A stretch of DNA of 36,786 bases from Escherichia phage T7. The notes below the pieces were generated by a model. That model was given only the letters and a program-made list of their open reading frames with translations. It was not told the DNA's origin and made no database searches. Positions 1 through 9,433 of the stretch are shown piece after piece (the stretch's first letter is position 1; every line of letters begins with the position of its first letter). Location: the sequence record MZ375274.1. One strand, 5' to 3'. The position numbers and the translations under genes were made by a program.

Positions 1-142
1 TCTCACAGTGTACGGACCTAAAGTTCCCCCATAGGGTGTACCTAAAGCCCAGCCAATCACCTAAAGTCAACCTTCGGTTGACCTTGAGGGTTCCCTAAGG
101 GTTTGTCTTTGGGTGTTACCTTGAGTGTCTCTCTGTGTCCCT
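1..142. repeat. Left terminal direct repeat of a T7-type linear genome
   Basis: Bases 1-142 recur exactly at 36645-36786, where the window ends; starts TCTCACAGTGTACGGACC as T7 termini do. Confidence 0.9.
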
Positions 143-345
143 CTCTGTTACAGTCTCCTAAAGTATCCTCCTAAAGTCACCTCCTAACGTCCATCCTAAA
201 GCCAACACCTAAAGCCAACACCTAAAGACCCATCAAGTCAACGCCTATCTTAAAGTTTAAACATAAAGACCAGACCTAAAGACCAGACCTAAAGACACTA
301 CATAAAGACCAGACCTAAAGACGCCTTGTTGTTAGCCATAAAGTG
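143..345. repeat. Left-end array of short CCTAAAG/CATAAAG direct repeats next to the terminal repeat
   Basis: Many irregularly spaced copies of (C)CTAAAG, e.g. aaagaccagacctaaagaccagacctaaagacac; non-coding. Confidence 0.6.
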
Positions 346-369
346 ATAACCTTTAATCATTGTCTTTAT

Positions 370-392
370 TAATACAACTCACTATAGGGAGA
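370..392 (+). promoter_or_regulatory. T7 RNA polymerase promoter phiOL (A at -11)
   Basis: TAATACAACTCACTATAGGGAGA, 22/23 match to the T7 promoter consensus. Confidence 0.7.
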
Positions 393-443
393 GACAACTT
401 AAAGAGACTTAAAAGATTAATTTAAAATTTATCAAAAAGAGTA

Positions 444-480
444 TTGACTTAAAGTCTAACCTATAGGATACTTACAGCCA
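444..480 (+). promoter_or_regulatory. E. coli sigma70 early promoter A1
   Basis: TTGACT (-35) and GATACT (-10) at 17-bp spacing, followed by ATCGAGAGGGACACGG as at the T7 A1 start. Confidence 0.8.
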
Positions 481-569
481 TCGAGAGGGACACGGCGAAT
501 AGCCATCCCAATCGACACCGGGGTCAACCGGATAAGTAGACAGCCTGATAAGTCGCACGAAAAACAGGT

Positions 570-608
570 ATTGACAACATGAAGTAACATGCAGTAAGAT
601 ACAAATCG
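570..608 (+). promoter_or_regulatory. E. coli sigma70 early promoter A2
   Basis: TTGACA (-35) and TAAGAT (-10). Confidence 0.75.
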
Positions 609-694
609 CTAGGTAACACTAGCAGCGTCAACCGGGCGCACAGTGCCTTCTAGGTGACTTAAGCGCACCACGGCACATAAGGTGAAACAAAACG

Positions 695-732
695 GTTGAC
701 AACATGAAGTAAACACGGTACGATGTACCACA
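695..732 (+). promoter_or_regulatory. E. coli sigma70 early promoter A3
   Basis: TTGACA (-35) and TACGAT (-10), start near ATGAAACGACAG. Confidence 0.75.
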
Positions 733-837
733 TGAAACGACAGTGAGTCACCACACTGAAAGGTGATGCGGTCTAACGAAACCTGACCTAAGACGCTCTT
801 TAACAATCTGGTAAATAGCTCTTGAGTGCATGACTAG

Positions 838-895
838 CGGATAACTCAAGGGTATCGCAAGGTGCCCTTTATGATATTCACTAATAACTGCACGA
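838..895 (+). promoter_or_regulatory. RNase III processing hairpin R0.3 (approximate bounds)
   Basis: Imperfect hairpin upstream of gene 0.3 at the position expected from the T7 map. Confidence 0.5.
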
Positions 896-906
896 GGTAA
901 CACAAG

Positions 907-1260
907 ATGGCTATGTCTAACATGACTTACAACAACGTTTTCGACCACGCTTACGAAATGCTGAAAGAAAACATCCGTTATGATGACATCCGTGACACTG
1001 ATGACCTGCACGATGCTATTCACATGGCTGCCGATAATGCAGTTCCGCACTACTACGCTGACATCTTGAGCGTAATGGCAAGTGAGGGCATTGACCTTGA
1101 GTTCGAAGACTCTGGTCTGATGCCTGACACCAAGGACGTAATCCGCATCCTGCAAGCGCGTATCTATGAGCAATTAACGATTGACCTCTGGGAAGACGCA
1201 GAAGACTTGCTCAATGAATACTTGGAGGAAGTCGAGGAGTACGAGGAGGATGAAGAGTAA
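907..1260 (+). CDS. 0.3: Ocr, DNA-mimic anti-restriction protein (gene 0.3)
   Basis: 117-aa ORF, very acidic, C-terminus [11 protein letters not shown]; first early gene after A1-A3. Confidence 0.95.
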   Translation: MAMSNMTYNNVFDHAYEMLKENIRYDDIRDTDDLHDAIHMAADNAVPHYYADILSVMASEGIDLEFEDSGLMPDTKDVIRILQARIYEQLTIDLWEDAEDLLNEYLEEVEEYEEDEE

Positions 1261-1397
1261 TGTCTACTACCAACGTGCAATACGGTCTGACCGCTCAAAC
1301 TGTACTTTTCTATAGCGACATGGGGCGGCGTGGCATAGACGAAAGGAAAAGGTTAAAGCCAAGAAACTCGCCGCACTTGAACAGGCACTAGCCAACA
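1260..1397 (+). pseudogene. 0.4: Gene 0.4 remnant: about 21 N-terminal codons ([21 protein letters not shown]) running out of frame into sequence upstream of 0.7
   Basis: ATG overlaps the 0.3 stop (TAATG); the ORF departs from remembered gp0.4 after codon 21, consistent with a ~563-bp deletion. Confidence 0.5.
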
Positions 1398-1439
1398 CAC
1401 TGAACGCTATCTCATAACGAACATAAAGGACACAATGCA

Positions 1440-2519
1440 ATGAACATTACCGACATCATGAACGCTATCGACGCAATCAAAGCACTGCCAATCTGTGAAC
1501 TTGACAAGCGTCAAGGTATGCTTATCGACTTACTGGTCGAGATGGTCAACAGCGAGACGTGTGATGGCGAGCTAACCGAACTAAATCAGGCACTTGAGCA
1601 TCAAGATTGGTGGACTACCTTGAAGTGTCTCACGGCTGACGCAGGGTTCAAGATGCTCGGTAATGGTCACTTCTCGGCTGCTTATAGTCACCCGCTGCTA
1701 CCTAACAGAGTGATTAAGGTGGGCTTTAAGAAAGAGGATTCAGGCGCAGCCTATACCGCATTCTGCCGCATGTATCAGGGTCGTCCTGGTATCCCTAACG
1801 TCTACGATGTACAGCGCCACGCTGGATGCTATACGGTGGTACTTGACGCACTTAAGGATTGCGAGCGTTTCAACAATGATGCCCATTATAAATACGCTGA
1901 GATTGCAAGCGACATCATTGATTGCAATTCGGATGAGCATGATGAGTTAACTGGATGGGATGGTGAGTTTGTTGAAACTTGTAAACTAATCCGCAAGTTC
2001 TTTGAGGGCATCGCCTCATTCGACATGCATAGCGGGAACATCATGTTCTCAAATGGAGACGTACCATACATCACCGACCCGGTATCATTCTCGCAGAAGA
2101 AAGACGGTGGCGCATTCAGCATCGACCCTGAGGAACTCATCAAGGAAGTCGAGGAAGTCGCACGACAGAAAGAAATTGACCGCGCTAAGGCCCGTAAAGA
2201 ACGTCACGAGGGGCGCTTAGAGGCACGCAGATTCAAACGTCGCAACCGCAAGGCACGTAAAGCACACAAAGCTAAGCGCGAAAGAATGCTTGCTGCGTGG
2301 CGATGGGCTGAACGTCAAGAACGGCGTAACCATGAGGTAGCTGTAGATGTACTAGGAAGAACCAATAACGCTATGCTCTGGGTCAACATGTTCTCTGGGG
2401 ACTTTAAGGCGCTTGAGGAACGAATCGCGCTGCACTGGCGTAATGCTGACCGGATGGCTATCGCTAATGGTCTTACGCTCAACATTGATAAGCAACTTGA
2501 CGCAATGTTAATGGGCTGA
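1440..2519 (+). CDS. 0.7: Gene 0.7 serine/threonine protein kinase and host-transcription shutoff protein
   Basis: 359-aa ORF matching gp0.7 in size and position. Confidence 0.93.
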
Positions 2520-2522
2520 TAG

Positions 2523-2585
2523 TCTTATCTTACAGGTCATCTGCGGGTGGCCTGAATAGGTACGATTTACTAACTGGAAGAGGCA
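2523..2585 (+). promoter_or_regulatory. RNase III processing site R1 (approximate bounds)
   Basis: Hairpin-forming spacer tcttatcttacaggtcatctgcgggtggcctgaataggtacgatttactaactggaagaggc between 0.7 and gene 1. Confidence 0.55.
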
Positions 2586-2589
2586 CTAA

Positions 2590-5241
2590 ATGAACACGAT
2601 TAACATCGCTAAGAACGACTTCTCTGACATCGAACTGGCTGCTATCCCGTTCAACACTCTGGCTGACCATTACGGTGAGCGTTTAGCTCGCGAACAGTTG
2701 GCCCTTGAGCATGAGTCTTACGAGATGGGTGAAGCACGCTTCCGCAAGATGTTTGAGCGTCAACTTAAAGCTGGTGAGGTTGCGGATAACGCTGCCGCCA
2801 AGCCTCTCATCACTACCCTACTCCCTAAGATGATTGCACGCATCAACGACTGGTTTGAGGAAGTGAAAGCTAAGCGCGGCAAGCGCCCGACAGCCTTCCA
2901 GTTCCTGCAAGAAATCAAGCCGGAAGCCGTAGCGTACATCACCATTAAGACCACTCTGGCTTGCCTAACCAGTGCTGACAATACAACCGTTCAGGCTGCA
3001 GCAAGCGCAATCGGTCGGGCCATTGAGGACGAGGCTCGCTTCGGTCGTATCCGTGACCTTGAAGCTAAGCACTTCAAGAAAAACGTTGAGGAACAACTCA
3101 ACAAGCGCGTAGGGCACGTCTACAAGAAAGCATTTATGCGAGTTGTCGAGGCTGACATGCTCTCTAAGGGTCTACTCGGTGGCGAGGCGTGGTCTTCGTG
3201 GCATAAGGAAGACTCTATTCATGTAGGAGTACGCTGCATCGAGATGCTCATTGAGTCAACCGGAATGGTTAGCTTACACCGCCAAAATGCTGGCGTAGTA
3301 GGTCAAGACTCTGAGACTATCGAACTCGCACCTGAATACGCTGAGGCTATCGCAACCCGTGCAGGTGCGCTGGCTGGCATCTCTCCGATGTTCCAACCTT
3401 GCGTAGTTCCTCCTAAGCCGTGGACTGGCATTACTGGTGGTGGCTATTGGGCTAACGGTCGTCGTCCTCTGGCGCTGGTGCGTACTCACAGTAAGAAAGC
3501 ACTGATGCGCTACGAAGACGTTTACATGCCTGAGGTGTACAAAGCGATTAACATTGCGCAAAACACCGCATGGAAAATCAACAAGAAAGTCCTAGCGGTC
3601 GCCAACGTAATCACCAAGTGGAAGCATTGTCCGGTCGAGGACATCCCTGCGATTGAGCGTGAAGAACTCCCGATGAAACCGGAAGACATCGACATGAATC
3701 CTGAGGCTCTCACCGCGTGGAAACGTGCTGCCGCTGCTGTGTACCGCAAGGACAAGGCTCGCAAGTCTCGCCGTATCAGCCTTGAGTTCATGCTTGAGCA
3801 AGCCAATAAGTTTGCTAACCATAAGGCCATCTGGTTCCCTTACAACATGGACTGGCGCGGTCGTGTTTACGCTGTGTCAATGTTCAACCCGCAAGGTAAC
3901 GATATGACCAAAGGACTGCTTACGCTGGCGAAAGGTAAACCAATCGGTAAGGAAGGTTACTACTGGCTGAAAATCCACGGTGCAAACTGTGCGGGTGTCG
4001 ATAAGGTTCCGTTCCCTGAGCGCATCAAGTTCATTGAGGAAAACCACGAGAACATCATGGCTTGCGCTAAGTCTCCACTGGAGAACACTTGGTGGGCTGA
4101 GCAAGATTCTCCGTTCTGCTTCCTTGCGTTCTGCTTTGAGTACGCTGGGGTACAGCACCACGGCCTGAGCTATAACTGCTCCCTTCCGCTGGCGTTTGAC
4201 GGGTCTTGCTCTGGCATCCAGCACTTCTCCGCGATGCTCCGAGATGAGGTAGGTGGTCGCGCGGTTAACTTGCTTCCTAGTGAAACCGTTCAGGACATCT
4301 ACGGGATTGTTGCTAAGAAAGTCAACGAGATTCTACAAGCAGACGCAATCAATGGGACCGATAACGAAGTAGTTACCGTGACCGATGAGAACACTGGTGA
4401 AATCTCTGAGAAAGTCAAGCTGGGCACTAAGGCACTGGCTGGTCAATGGCTGGCTTACGGTGTTACTCGCAGTGTGACTAAGCGTTCAGTCATGACGCTG
4501 GCTTACGGGTCCAAAGAGTTCGGCTTCCGTCAACAAGTGCTGGAAGATACCATTCAGCCAGCTATTGATTCCGGCAAGGGTCTGATGTTCACTCAGCCGA
4601 ATCAGGCTGCTGGATACATGGCTAAGCTGATTTGGGAATCTGTGAGCGTGACGGTGGTAGCTGCGGTTGAAGCAATGAACTGGCTTAAGTCTGCTGCTAA
4701 GCTGCTGGCTGCTGAGGTCAAAGATAAGAAGACTGGAGAGATTCTTCGCAAGCGTTGCGCTGTGCATTGGGTAACTCCTGATGGTTTCCCTGTGTGGCAG
4801 GAATACAAGAAGCCTATTCAGACGCGCTTGAACCTGATGTTCCTCGGTCAGTTCCGCTTACAGCCTACCATTAACACCAACAAAGATAGCGAGATTGATG
4901 CACACAAACAGGAGTCTGGTATCGCTCCTAACTTTGTACACAGCCAAGACGGTAGCCACCTTCGTAAGACTGTAGTGTGGGCACACGAGAAGTACGGAAT
5001 CGAATCTTTTGCACTGATTCACGACTCCTTCGGTACCATTCCGGCTGACGCTGCGAACCTGTTCAAAGCAGTGCGCGAAACTATGGTTGACACATATGAG
5101 TCTTGTGATGTACTGGCTGATTTCTACGACCAGTTCGCTGACCAGTTGCACGAGTCTCAATTGGACAAAATGCCAGCACTTCCGGCTAAAGGTAACTTGA
5201 ACCTCCGTGACATCTTAGAGTCGGACTTCGCGTTCGCGTAA
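2590..5241 (+). CDS. 1: T7 RNA polymerase, single-subunit DNA-dependent RNAP (gene 1)
   Basis: 883-aa ORF, MNTINIAKNDFSDIELAAIPFNTLADHYGERLAREQLALEHESYEMGEARFRKMFERQ..., ends ...DFAFA. Confidence 0.98.
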   Translation: MNTINIAKNDFSDIELAAIPFNTLADHYGERLAREQLALEHESYEMGEARFRKMFERQLKAGEVADNAAAKPLITTLLPKMIARINDWFEEVKAKRGKRPTAFQFLQEIKPEAVAYITIKTTLACLTSADNTTVQAAASAIGRAIEDEARFGRIRDLEAKHFKKNVEEQLNKRVGHVYKKAFMRVVEADMLSKGLLGGEAWSSWHKEDSIHVGVRCIEMLIESTGMVSLHRQNAGVVGQDSETIELAPEYAEAIATRAGALAGISPMFQPCVVPPKPWTGITGGGYWANGRRPLALVRTHSKKALMRYEDVYMPEVYKAINIAQNTAWKINKKVLAVANVITKWKHCPVEDIPAIEREELPMKPEDIDMNPEALTAWKRAAAAVYRKDKARKSRRISLEFMLEQANKFANHKAIWFPYNMDWRGRVYAVSMFNPQGNDMTKGLLTLAKGKPIGKEGYYWLKIHGANCAGVDKVPFPERIKFIEENHENIMACAKSPLENTWWAEQDSPFCFLAFCFEYAGVQHHGLSYNCSLPLAFDGSCSGIQHFSAMLRDEVGGRAVNLLPSETVQDIYGIVAKKVNEILQADAINGTDNEVVTVTDENTGEISEKVKLGTKALAGQWLAYGVTRSVTKRSVMTLAYGSKEFGFRQQVLEDTIQPAIDSGKGLMFTQPNQAAGYMAKLIWESVSVTVVAAVEAMNWLKSAAKLLAAEVKDKKTGEILRKRCAVHWVTPDGFPVWQEYKKPIQTRLNLMFLGQFRLQPTINTNKDSEIDAHKQESGIAPNFVHSQDGSHLRKTVVWAHEKYGIESFALIHDSFGTIPADAANLFKAVRETMVDTYESCDVLADFYDQFADQLHESQLDKMPALPAKGNLNLRDILESDFAFA

Positions 5242-5249
5242 CGCCAAAT

Positions 5250-5272
5250 CAATACGACTCACTATAGAGGGA
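5250..5272 (+). promoter_or_regulatory. T7 promoter phi1.1A
   Basis: CAATACGACTCACTATAGAGGGA. Confidence 0.8.
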
Positions 5273-5322
5273 CAAACTCAAGGTCATTCGCAAGAGTGGC
5301 CTTTATGATTGACCTTCTTCCG
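5273..5322 (+). promoter_or_regulatory. RNase III site R1.1 (approximate bounds)
   Basis: Hairpin between phi1.1A and phi1.1B. Confidence 0.5.
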
Positions 5323-5324
5323 GT

Positions 5325-5347
5325 TAATACGACTCACTATAGGAGAA
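5325..5347 (+). promoter_or_regulatory. T7 promoter phi1.1B
   Basis: TAATACGACTCACTATAGGAGAA. Confidence 0.8.
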
Positions 5348-5425
5348 CCTTAAGGTTTAACTTTAAGACCCTTAAGTGTTAATTAGAGATTTAAATTAAA
5401 GAATTACTAAGAGAGGACTTTAAGT

Positions 5426-5554
5426 ATGCGTAACTTCGAAAAGATGACCAAACGTTCTAACCGTAATGCTCGTGACTTCGAGGCAACCAAAGGTCGCAAG
5501 TTGAATAAGACTAAGCGTGACCGCTCTCACAAGCGTAGCTGGGAGGGTCAGTAA
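5426..5554 (+). CDS. 1.1: Gene 1.1 small basic protein
   Basis: 42-codon ORF MRNFEKMTKRSNRNARDFEATKGRKLNKTKRDRSHKRSWEGQ. Confidence 0.8.
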   Translation: MRNFEKMTKRSNRNARDFEATKGRKLNKTKRDRSHKRSWEGQ

Positions 5555-5555
5555 G

Positions 5556-5813
5556 ATGGGACGTTTATATAGTGGTAATCTGGCAGCATTCAAGGCAGCA
5601 ACAAACAAGCTGTTCCAGTTAGACTTAGCGGTCATTTATGATGACTGGTATGATGCCTATACAAGAAAAGATTGCATACGGTTACGTATTGAGGACAGGA
5701 GTGGAAACCTGATTGATACTAGCACCTTCTACCACCACGACGAGGACGTTCTGTTCAATATGTGTACTGATTGGTTGAACCATATGTATGACCAGTTGAA
5801 GGACTGGAAGTAA
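5556..5813 (+). CDS. 1.2: Gene 1.2, inhibitor of host dGTPase (Dgt)
   Basis: 85-aa ORF MGRLYSGNLAAFKAATNKLF..., starts 2 nt after the 1.1 stop. Confidence 0.85.
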   Translation: MGRLYSGNLAAFKAATNKLFQLDLAVIYDDWYDAYTRKDCIRLRIEDRSGNLIDTSTFYHHDEDVLFNMCTDWLNHMYDQLKDWK

Positions 5814-5833
5814 TACGACTCAGTATAGGGACA
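5811..5833 (+). promoter_or_regulatory. T7 promoter phi1.3
   Basis: TAATACGACTCAGTATAGGGACA. Confidence 0.8.
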
Positions 5834-5880
5834 ATGCTTAAGGTCGCTCTCTAGGAGTGGCCTTAGTCATTTAACCAATA
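5834..5880 (+). promoter_or_regulatory. RNase III site R1.3 (approximate bounds)
   Basis: Hairpin-forming leader gcttaaggtcgctctctaggagtggccttagtc. Confidence 0.5.
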
Positions 5881-5893
5881 GGAGATAAACATT

Positions 5894-6973
5894 ATGATGA
5901 ACATTAAGACTAACCCGTTTAAAGCCGTGTCTTTCGTAGAGTCTGCCATTAAGAAGGCTCTGGATAACGCTGGATATCTTATCGCTGAAATCAAGTACGA
6001 TGGTGTACGCGGGAACATCTGCGTAGACAATACTGCTAACAGTTACTGGCTCTCTCGTGTATCTAAAACGATTCCGGCACTGGAGCACTTAAACGGGTTT
6101 GATGTTCGCTGGAAGCGTCTACTGAACGATGACCGTTGCTTCTACAAAGATGGCTTTATGCTTGATGGGGAACTCATGGTCAAGGGCGTAGACTTTAACA
6201 CAGGGTCCGGCCTACTGCGTACCAAATGGACTGACACGAAGAACCAAGAGTTCCATGAAGAGTTATTCGTTGAACCAATCCGTAAGAAAGATAAAGTTCC
6301 CTTTAAGCTGCACACTGGACACCTTCACATAAAACTGTACGCTATCCTCCCGCTGCACATCGTGGAGTCTGGAGAAGACTGTGATGTCATGACGTTGCTC
6401 ATGCAGGAACACGTTAAGAACATGCTGCCTCTGCTACAGGAATACTTCCCTGAAATCGAATGGCAAGCGGCTGAATCTTACGAGGTCTACGATATGGTAG
6501 AACTACAGCAACTGTACGAGCAGAAGCGAGCAGAAGGCCATGAGGGTCTCATTGTGAAAGACCCGATGTGTATCTATAAGCGCGGTAAGAAATCTGGCTG
6601 GTGGAAAATGAAACCTGAGAACGAAGCTGACGGTATCATTCAGGGTCTGGTATGGGGTACAAAAGGTCTGGCTAATGAAGGTAAAGTGATTGGTTTTGAG
6701 GTGCTTCTTGAGAGTGGTCGTTTAGTTAACGCCACGAATATCTCTCGCGCCTTAATGGATGAGTTCACTGAGACAGTAAAAGAGGCCACCCTAAGTCAAT
6801 GGGGATTCTTTAGCCCATACGGTATTGGCGACAACGATGCTTGTACTATTAACCCTTACGATGGCTGGGCGTGTCAAATTAGCTACATGGAGGAAACACC
6901 TGATGGCTCTTTGCGGCACCCATCGTTCGTAATGTTCCGTGGCACCGAGGACAACCCTCAAGAGAAAATGTAA
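5894..6973 (+). CDS. 1.3: ATP-dependent DNA ligase (gene 1.3)
   Basis: 359-aa ORF with the adenylation motif context AEIKYDGVRG. Confidence 0.95.
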   Translation: MMNIKTNPFKAVSFVESAIKKALDNAGYLIAEIKYDGVRGNICVDNTANSYWLSRVSKTIPALEHLNGFDVRWKRLLNDDRCFYKDGFMLDGELMVKGVDFNTGSGLLRTKWTDTKNQEFHEELFVEPIRKKDKVPFKLHTGHLHIKLYAILPLHIVESGEDCDVMTLLMQEHVKNMLPLLQEYFPEIEWQAAESYEVYDMVELQQLYEQKRAEGHEGLIVKDPMCIYKRGKKSGWWKMKPENEADGIIQGLVWGTKGLANEGKVIGFEVLLESGRLVNATNISRALMDEFTETVKEATLSQWGFFSPYGIGDNDACTINPYDGWACQISYMEETPDGSLRHPSFVMFRGTEDNPQEKM

Positions 6974-6980
6974 TCACACT

Positions 6981-7008
6981 GGCTCACCTTCGGGTGGGCC
7001 TTTCTGCG
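6981..7008 (+). terminator. Early terminator TE (intrinsic, for host RNAP)
   Basis: GC-rich hairpin ggctcaccttcgggtgggcc followed by tttctgcgttt just after the ligase stop. Confidence 0.8.
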
Positions 7009-7023
7009 TTTATAAGGAGACAC

Positions 7024-7046
7024 TTTTACGACTCACTAAAGGAGGT
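7024..7046 (+). promoter_or_regulatory. T7 promoter phi1.5 with altered -16/-15 (TTTTACGACTCACTAAAGGAGGT)
   Basis: Matches the T7 promoter core from -14 to +6, but -16/-15 are TT not AA; looks like a deletion junction. Confidence 0.6.
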
Positions 7047-7053
7047 ACACACC

Positions 7054-7143
7054 ATGATGTACTTAATGCCATTACTCATCGTCATTGTAGGATGCCTTGC
7101 GCTCCACTGTAGCGATGATGGTATGCCAGATGGTCACGCTTAA
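7054..7143 (+). CDS. 1.5: Gene 1.5 small hydrophobic protein
   Basis: 29-codon ORF MMYLMPLLIVIVGCLALHCSDDGMPDGHA after the RBS GGAGG. Confidence 0.7.
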   Translation: MMYLMPLLIVIVGCLALHCSDDGMPDGHA

Positions 7144-7163
7144 TACGACTCACTAAAGGAGAC
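7141..7163 (+). promoter_or_regulatory. T7 promoter phi1.6
   Basis: TAATACGACTCACTAAAGGAGAC. Confidence 0.8.
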
Positions 7164-7168
7164 ACTAT

Positions 7169-7429
7169 ATGTTTCGACTTCATTACAACAAAAGCGTTAA
7201 GAATTTCACGGTTCGCCGTGCTGACCGTTCAATCGTATGTGCGAGCGAGCGCCGAGCTAAGATACCTCTTATTGGTAACACAGTTCCTTTGGCACCGAGC
7301 GTCCACATCATTATCACCCGTGGTGACTTTGAGAAAGCAATAGACAAGAAACGTCCGGTTCTTAGTGTGGCAGTGACCCGCTTCCCGTTCGTCCGTCTGT
7401 TACTCAAACGAATCAAGGAGGTGTTCTGA
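7169..7429 (+). CDS. 1.6: Gene 1.6 protein
   Basis: 86-aa [24 protein letters not shown]... Confidence 0.85.
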
Positions 7430-7464
7430 TGGGACTGTTAGATGGTGAAGCCTGGGAAACATAA
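7429..7464 (+). pseudogene. 1.7: Gene 1.7 remnant (11 codons then stop); nucleotide kinase gene otherwise absent
   Basis: ATG overlapping the 1.6 stop encodes [11 protein letters not shown], then runs directly into gene 1.8; in T7 a ~196-aa gene sits here. Confidence 0.6.
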
Positions 7465-7475
7465 GGATAAATGTT

Positions 7476-7817
<342 letters not shown>

Positions 7818-7819
<2 letters not shown>

Positions 7820-7840
7820 TACGACTCACTATTAGGGAAG
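7818..7840 (+). promoter_or_regulatory. T7 promoter phi2.5
   Basis: TAATACGACTCACTATTAGGGAA. Confidence 0.8.
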
Positions 7841-7884
7841 ACTCCCTCTGAGAAACCAAACGAAACCTAAAGGAGATTAACATT

Positions 7885-8583
7885 ATGGCTAAGAAGATTT
7901 TCACCTCTGCGCTGGGTACCGCTGAACCTTACGCTTACATCGCCAAGCCGGACTACGGCAACGAAGAGCGTGGCTTTGGGAACCCTCGTGGTGTCTATAA
8001 AGTTGACCTGACTATTCCCAACAAAGACCCGCGCTGCCAGCGTATGGTCGATGAAATCGTGAAGTGTCACGAAGAGGCTTATGCTGCTGCCGTTGAGGAA
8101 TACGAAGCTAATCCACCTGCTGTAGCTCGTGGTAAGAAACCGCTGAAACCGTATGAGGGTGACATGCCGTTCTTCGATAACGGTGACGGTACGACTACCT
8201 TTAAGTTCAAATGCTACGCGTCTTTCCAAGACAAGAAGACCAAAGAGACCAAGCACATCAATCTGGTTGTGGTTGACTCAAAAGGTAAGAAGATGGAAGG
8301 CGTTCCGATTATCGGTGGTGGCTCTAAGCTGAAAGTTAAATATTCTCTGGTTCCATACAAGTGGAACACTGCTGTAGGTGCGAGCGTTAAGCTGCAACTG
8401 GAATCCGTGATGCTGGTCGAACTGGCTACCTTTGGTGGCGGTGAAGACGATTGGGCTGACGAAGTTGAAGAGAACGGCTATGTTGCCTCTGGTTCTGCCA
8501 AAGCGAGCAAACCACGCGACGAAGAAAGCTGGGACGAAGACGACGAAGAGTCCGAGGAAGCAGACGAAGACGGAGACTTCTAA
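7885..8583 (+). CDS. 2.5: Single-stranded DNA-binding protein gp2.5
   Basis: 232-aa ORF with an acidic C-terminal tail ending ...EEADEDGDF. Confidence 0.95.
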   Translation: MAKKIFTSALGTAEPYAYIAKPDYGNEERGFGNPRGVYKVDLTIPNKDPRCQRMVDEIVKCHEEAYAAAVEEYEANPPAVARGKKPLKPYEGDMPFFDNGDGTTTFKFKCYASFQDKKTKETKHINLVVVDSKGKKMEGVPIIGGGSKLKVKYSLVPYKWNTAVGASVKLQLESVMLVELATFGGGEDDWADEVEENGYVASGSAKASKPRDEESWDEDDEESEEADEDGDF

Positions 8584-9003
8584 GTGGAACTGCGGGAGAA
8601 AATCCTTGAGCGAATCAAGGTGACTTCCTCTGGGTGTTGGGAGTGGCAGGGCGCTACGAACAATAAAGGGTACGGGCAGGTGTGGTGCAGCAATACCGGA
8701 AAGGTTGTCTACTGTCATCGCGTAATGTCTAATGCTCCGAAAGGTTCTACCGTCCTGCACTCCTGTGATAATCCATTATGTTGTAACCCTGAACACCGTT
8801 CCATAGGAACTCCAAAAGAGAACTCCACTGACATGGTAAATAAGGGTCGCTCACACAAGGGGTATAAACTTTCAGACGAAGACGTAATGGCAATCATGGA
8901 GTCCAGCGAGTCCAATGTATCCTTAGCTCGCACCTATGGTGTCTCCCAACAGACTATTTGTGATATACGCAAAGGGAGGCGACATGGCAGGTTACGGCGC
9001 TAA
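8584..9003 (+). CDS. 2.8: Gene 2.8 HNH-endonuclease-like protein (GTG start)
   Basis: 139-aa ORF with Cys/His-rich block KGYGQVW...CHRV...HSCDNPLCCNPEH; paralog of the gene 7.7 product. Confidence 0.8.
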   Translation: MELREKILERIKVTSSGCWEWQGATNNKGYGQVWCSNTGKVVYCHRVMSNAPKGSTVLHSCDNPLCCNPEHRSIGTPKENSTDMVNKGRSHKGYKLSDEDVMAIMESSESNVSLARTYGVSQQTICDIRKGRRHGRLRR

Positions 9004-9433
9004 AGGAATCCGAAAGGTTGGAGCGTTTCGCTCTGGCCTAGAGGACAAGGTTTCAAAGCAGTTGGAATCAAAAGGTATTAAATTCGAGTATGAAGAGTGG
9101 AAAGTGCCTTATGTAATTCCGGCGAGCAATCACACTTACACTCCAGACTTCTTACTTCCAAACGGTATATTCGTTGAGACAAAGGGTCTGTGGGAAAGCG
9201 ATGATAGAAAGAAGCACTTATTAATTAGGGAGCAGCACCCCGAGCTAGACATCCGTATTGTCTTCTCAAGCTCACGTACTAAGTTATACAAAGGTTCTCC
9301 AATGTCTTATGGAGAGTTCTGCGAAAAGCATGGTATTAAGTTCGCTGATAAACTGATACCTGCTGAGTGGATAAAGGAACCCAAGAAGGAGGTCCCCTTT
9401 GATAGATTAAAAAGGAAAGGAGGAAAGAAATAA
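8984..9433 (+). CDS. 3: Endonuclease I, Holliday-junction resolvase (gene 3)
   Basis: 149-aa ORF from MAGYGAKGIRKVGAFRSGLEDKVSKQLESKGIKFEYEE..., overlaps the 2.8 end. Confidence 0.9.
   Translation: MAGYGAKGIRKVGAFRSGLEDKVSKQLESKGIKFEYEEWKVPYVIPASNHTYTPDFLLPNGIFVETKGLWESDDRKKHLLIREQHPELDIRIVFSSSRTKLYKGSPMSYGEFCEKHGIKFADKLIPAEWIKEPKKEVPFDRLKRKGGKK

Larger units (their letters stand above)
5250..5425. other. Primary origin of DNA replication region (phi1.1A/phi1.1B plus AT-rich segment)
   Basis: Two adjacent T7 promoters followed by AT-rich ttaattagagatttaaattaaagaattactaag, upstream of gene 1.1 as at the T7 primary origin. Confidence 0.55.

Noticed and set aside
143-345. Short repeated CCTAAAG motifs that might suggest a CRISPR array
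   Set aside because: Repeats are about 7 bp, irregularly spaced and without unique spacers of uniform length; they match the known repeat-rich region next to T7 terminal repeats.
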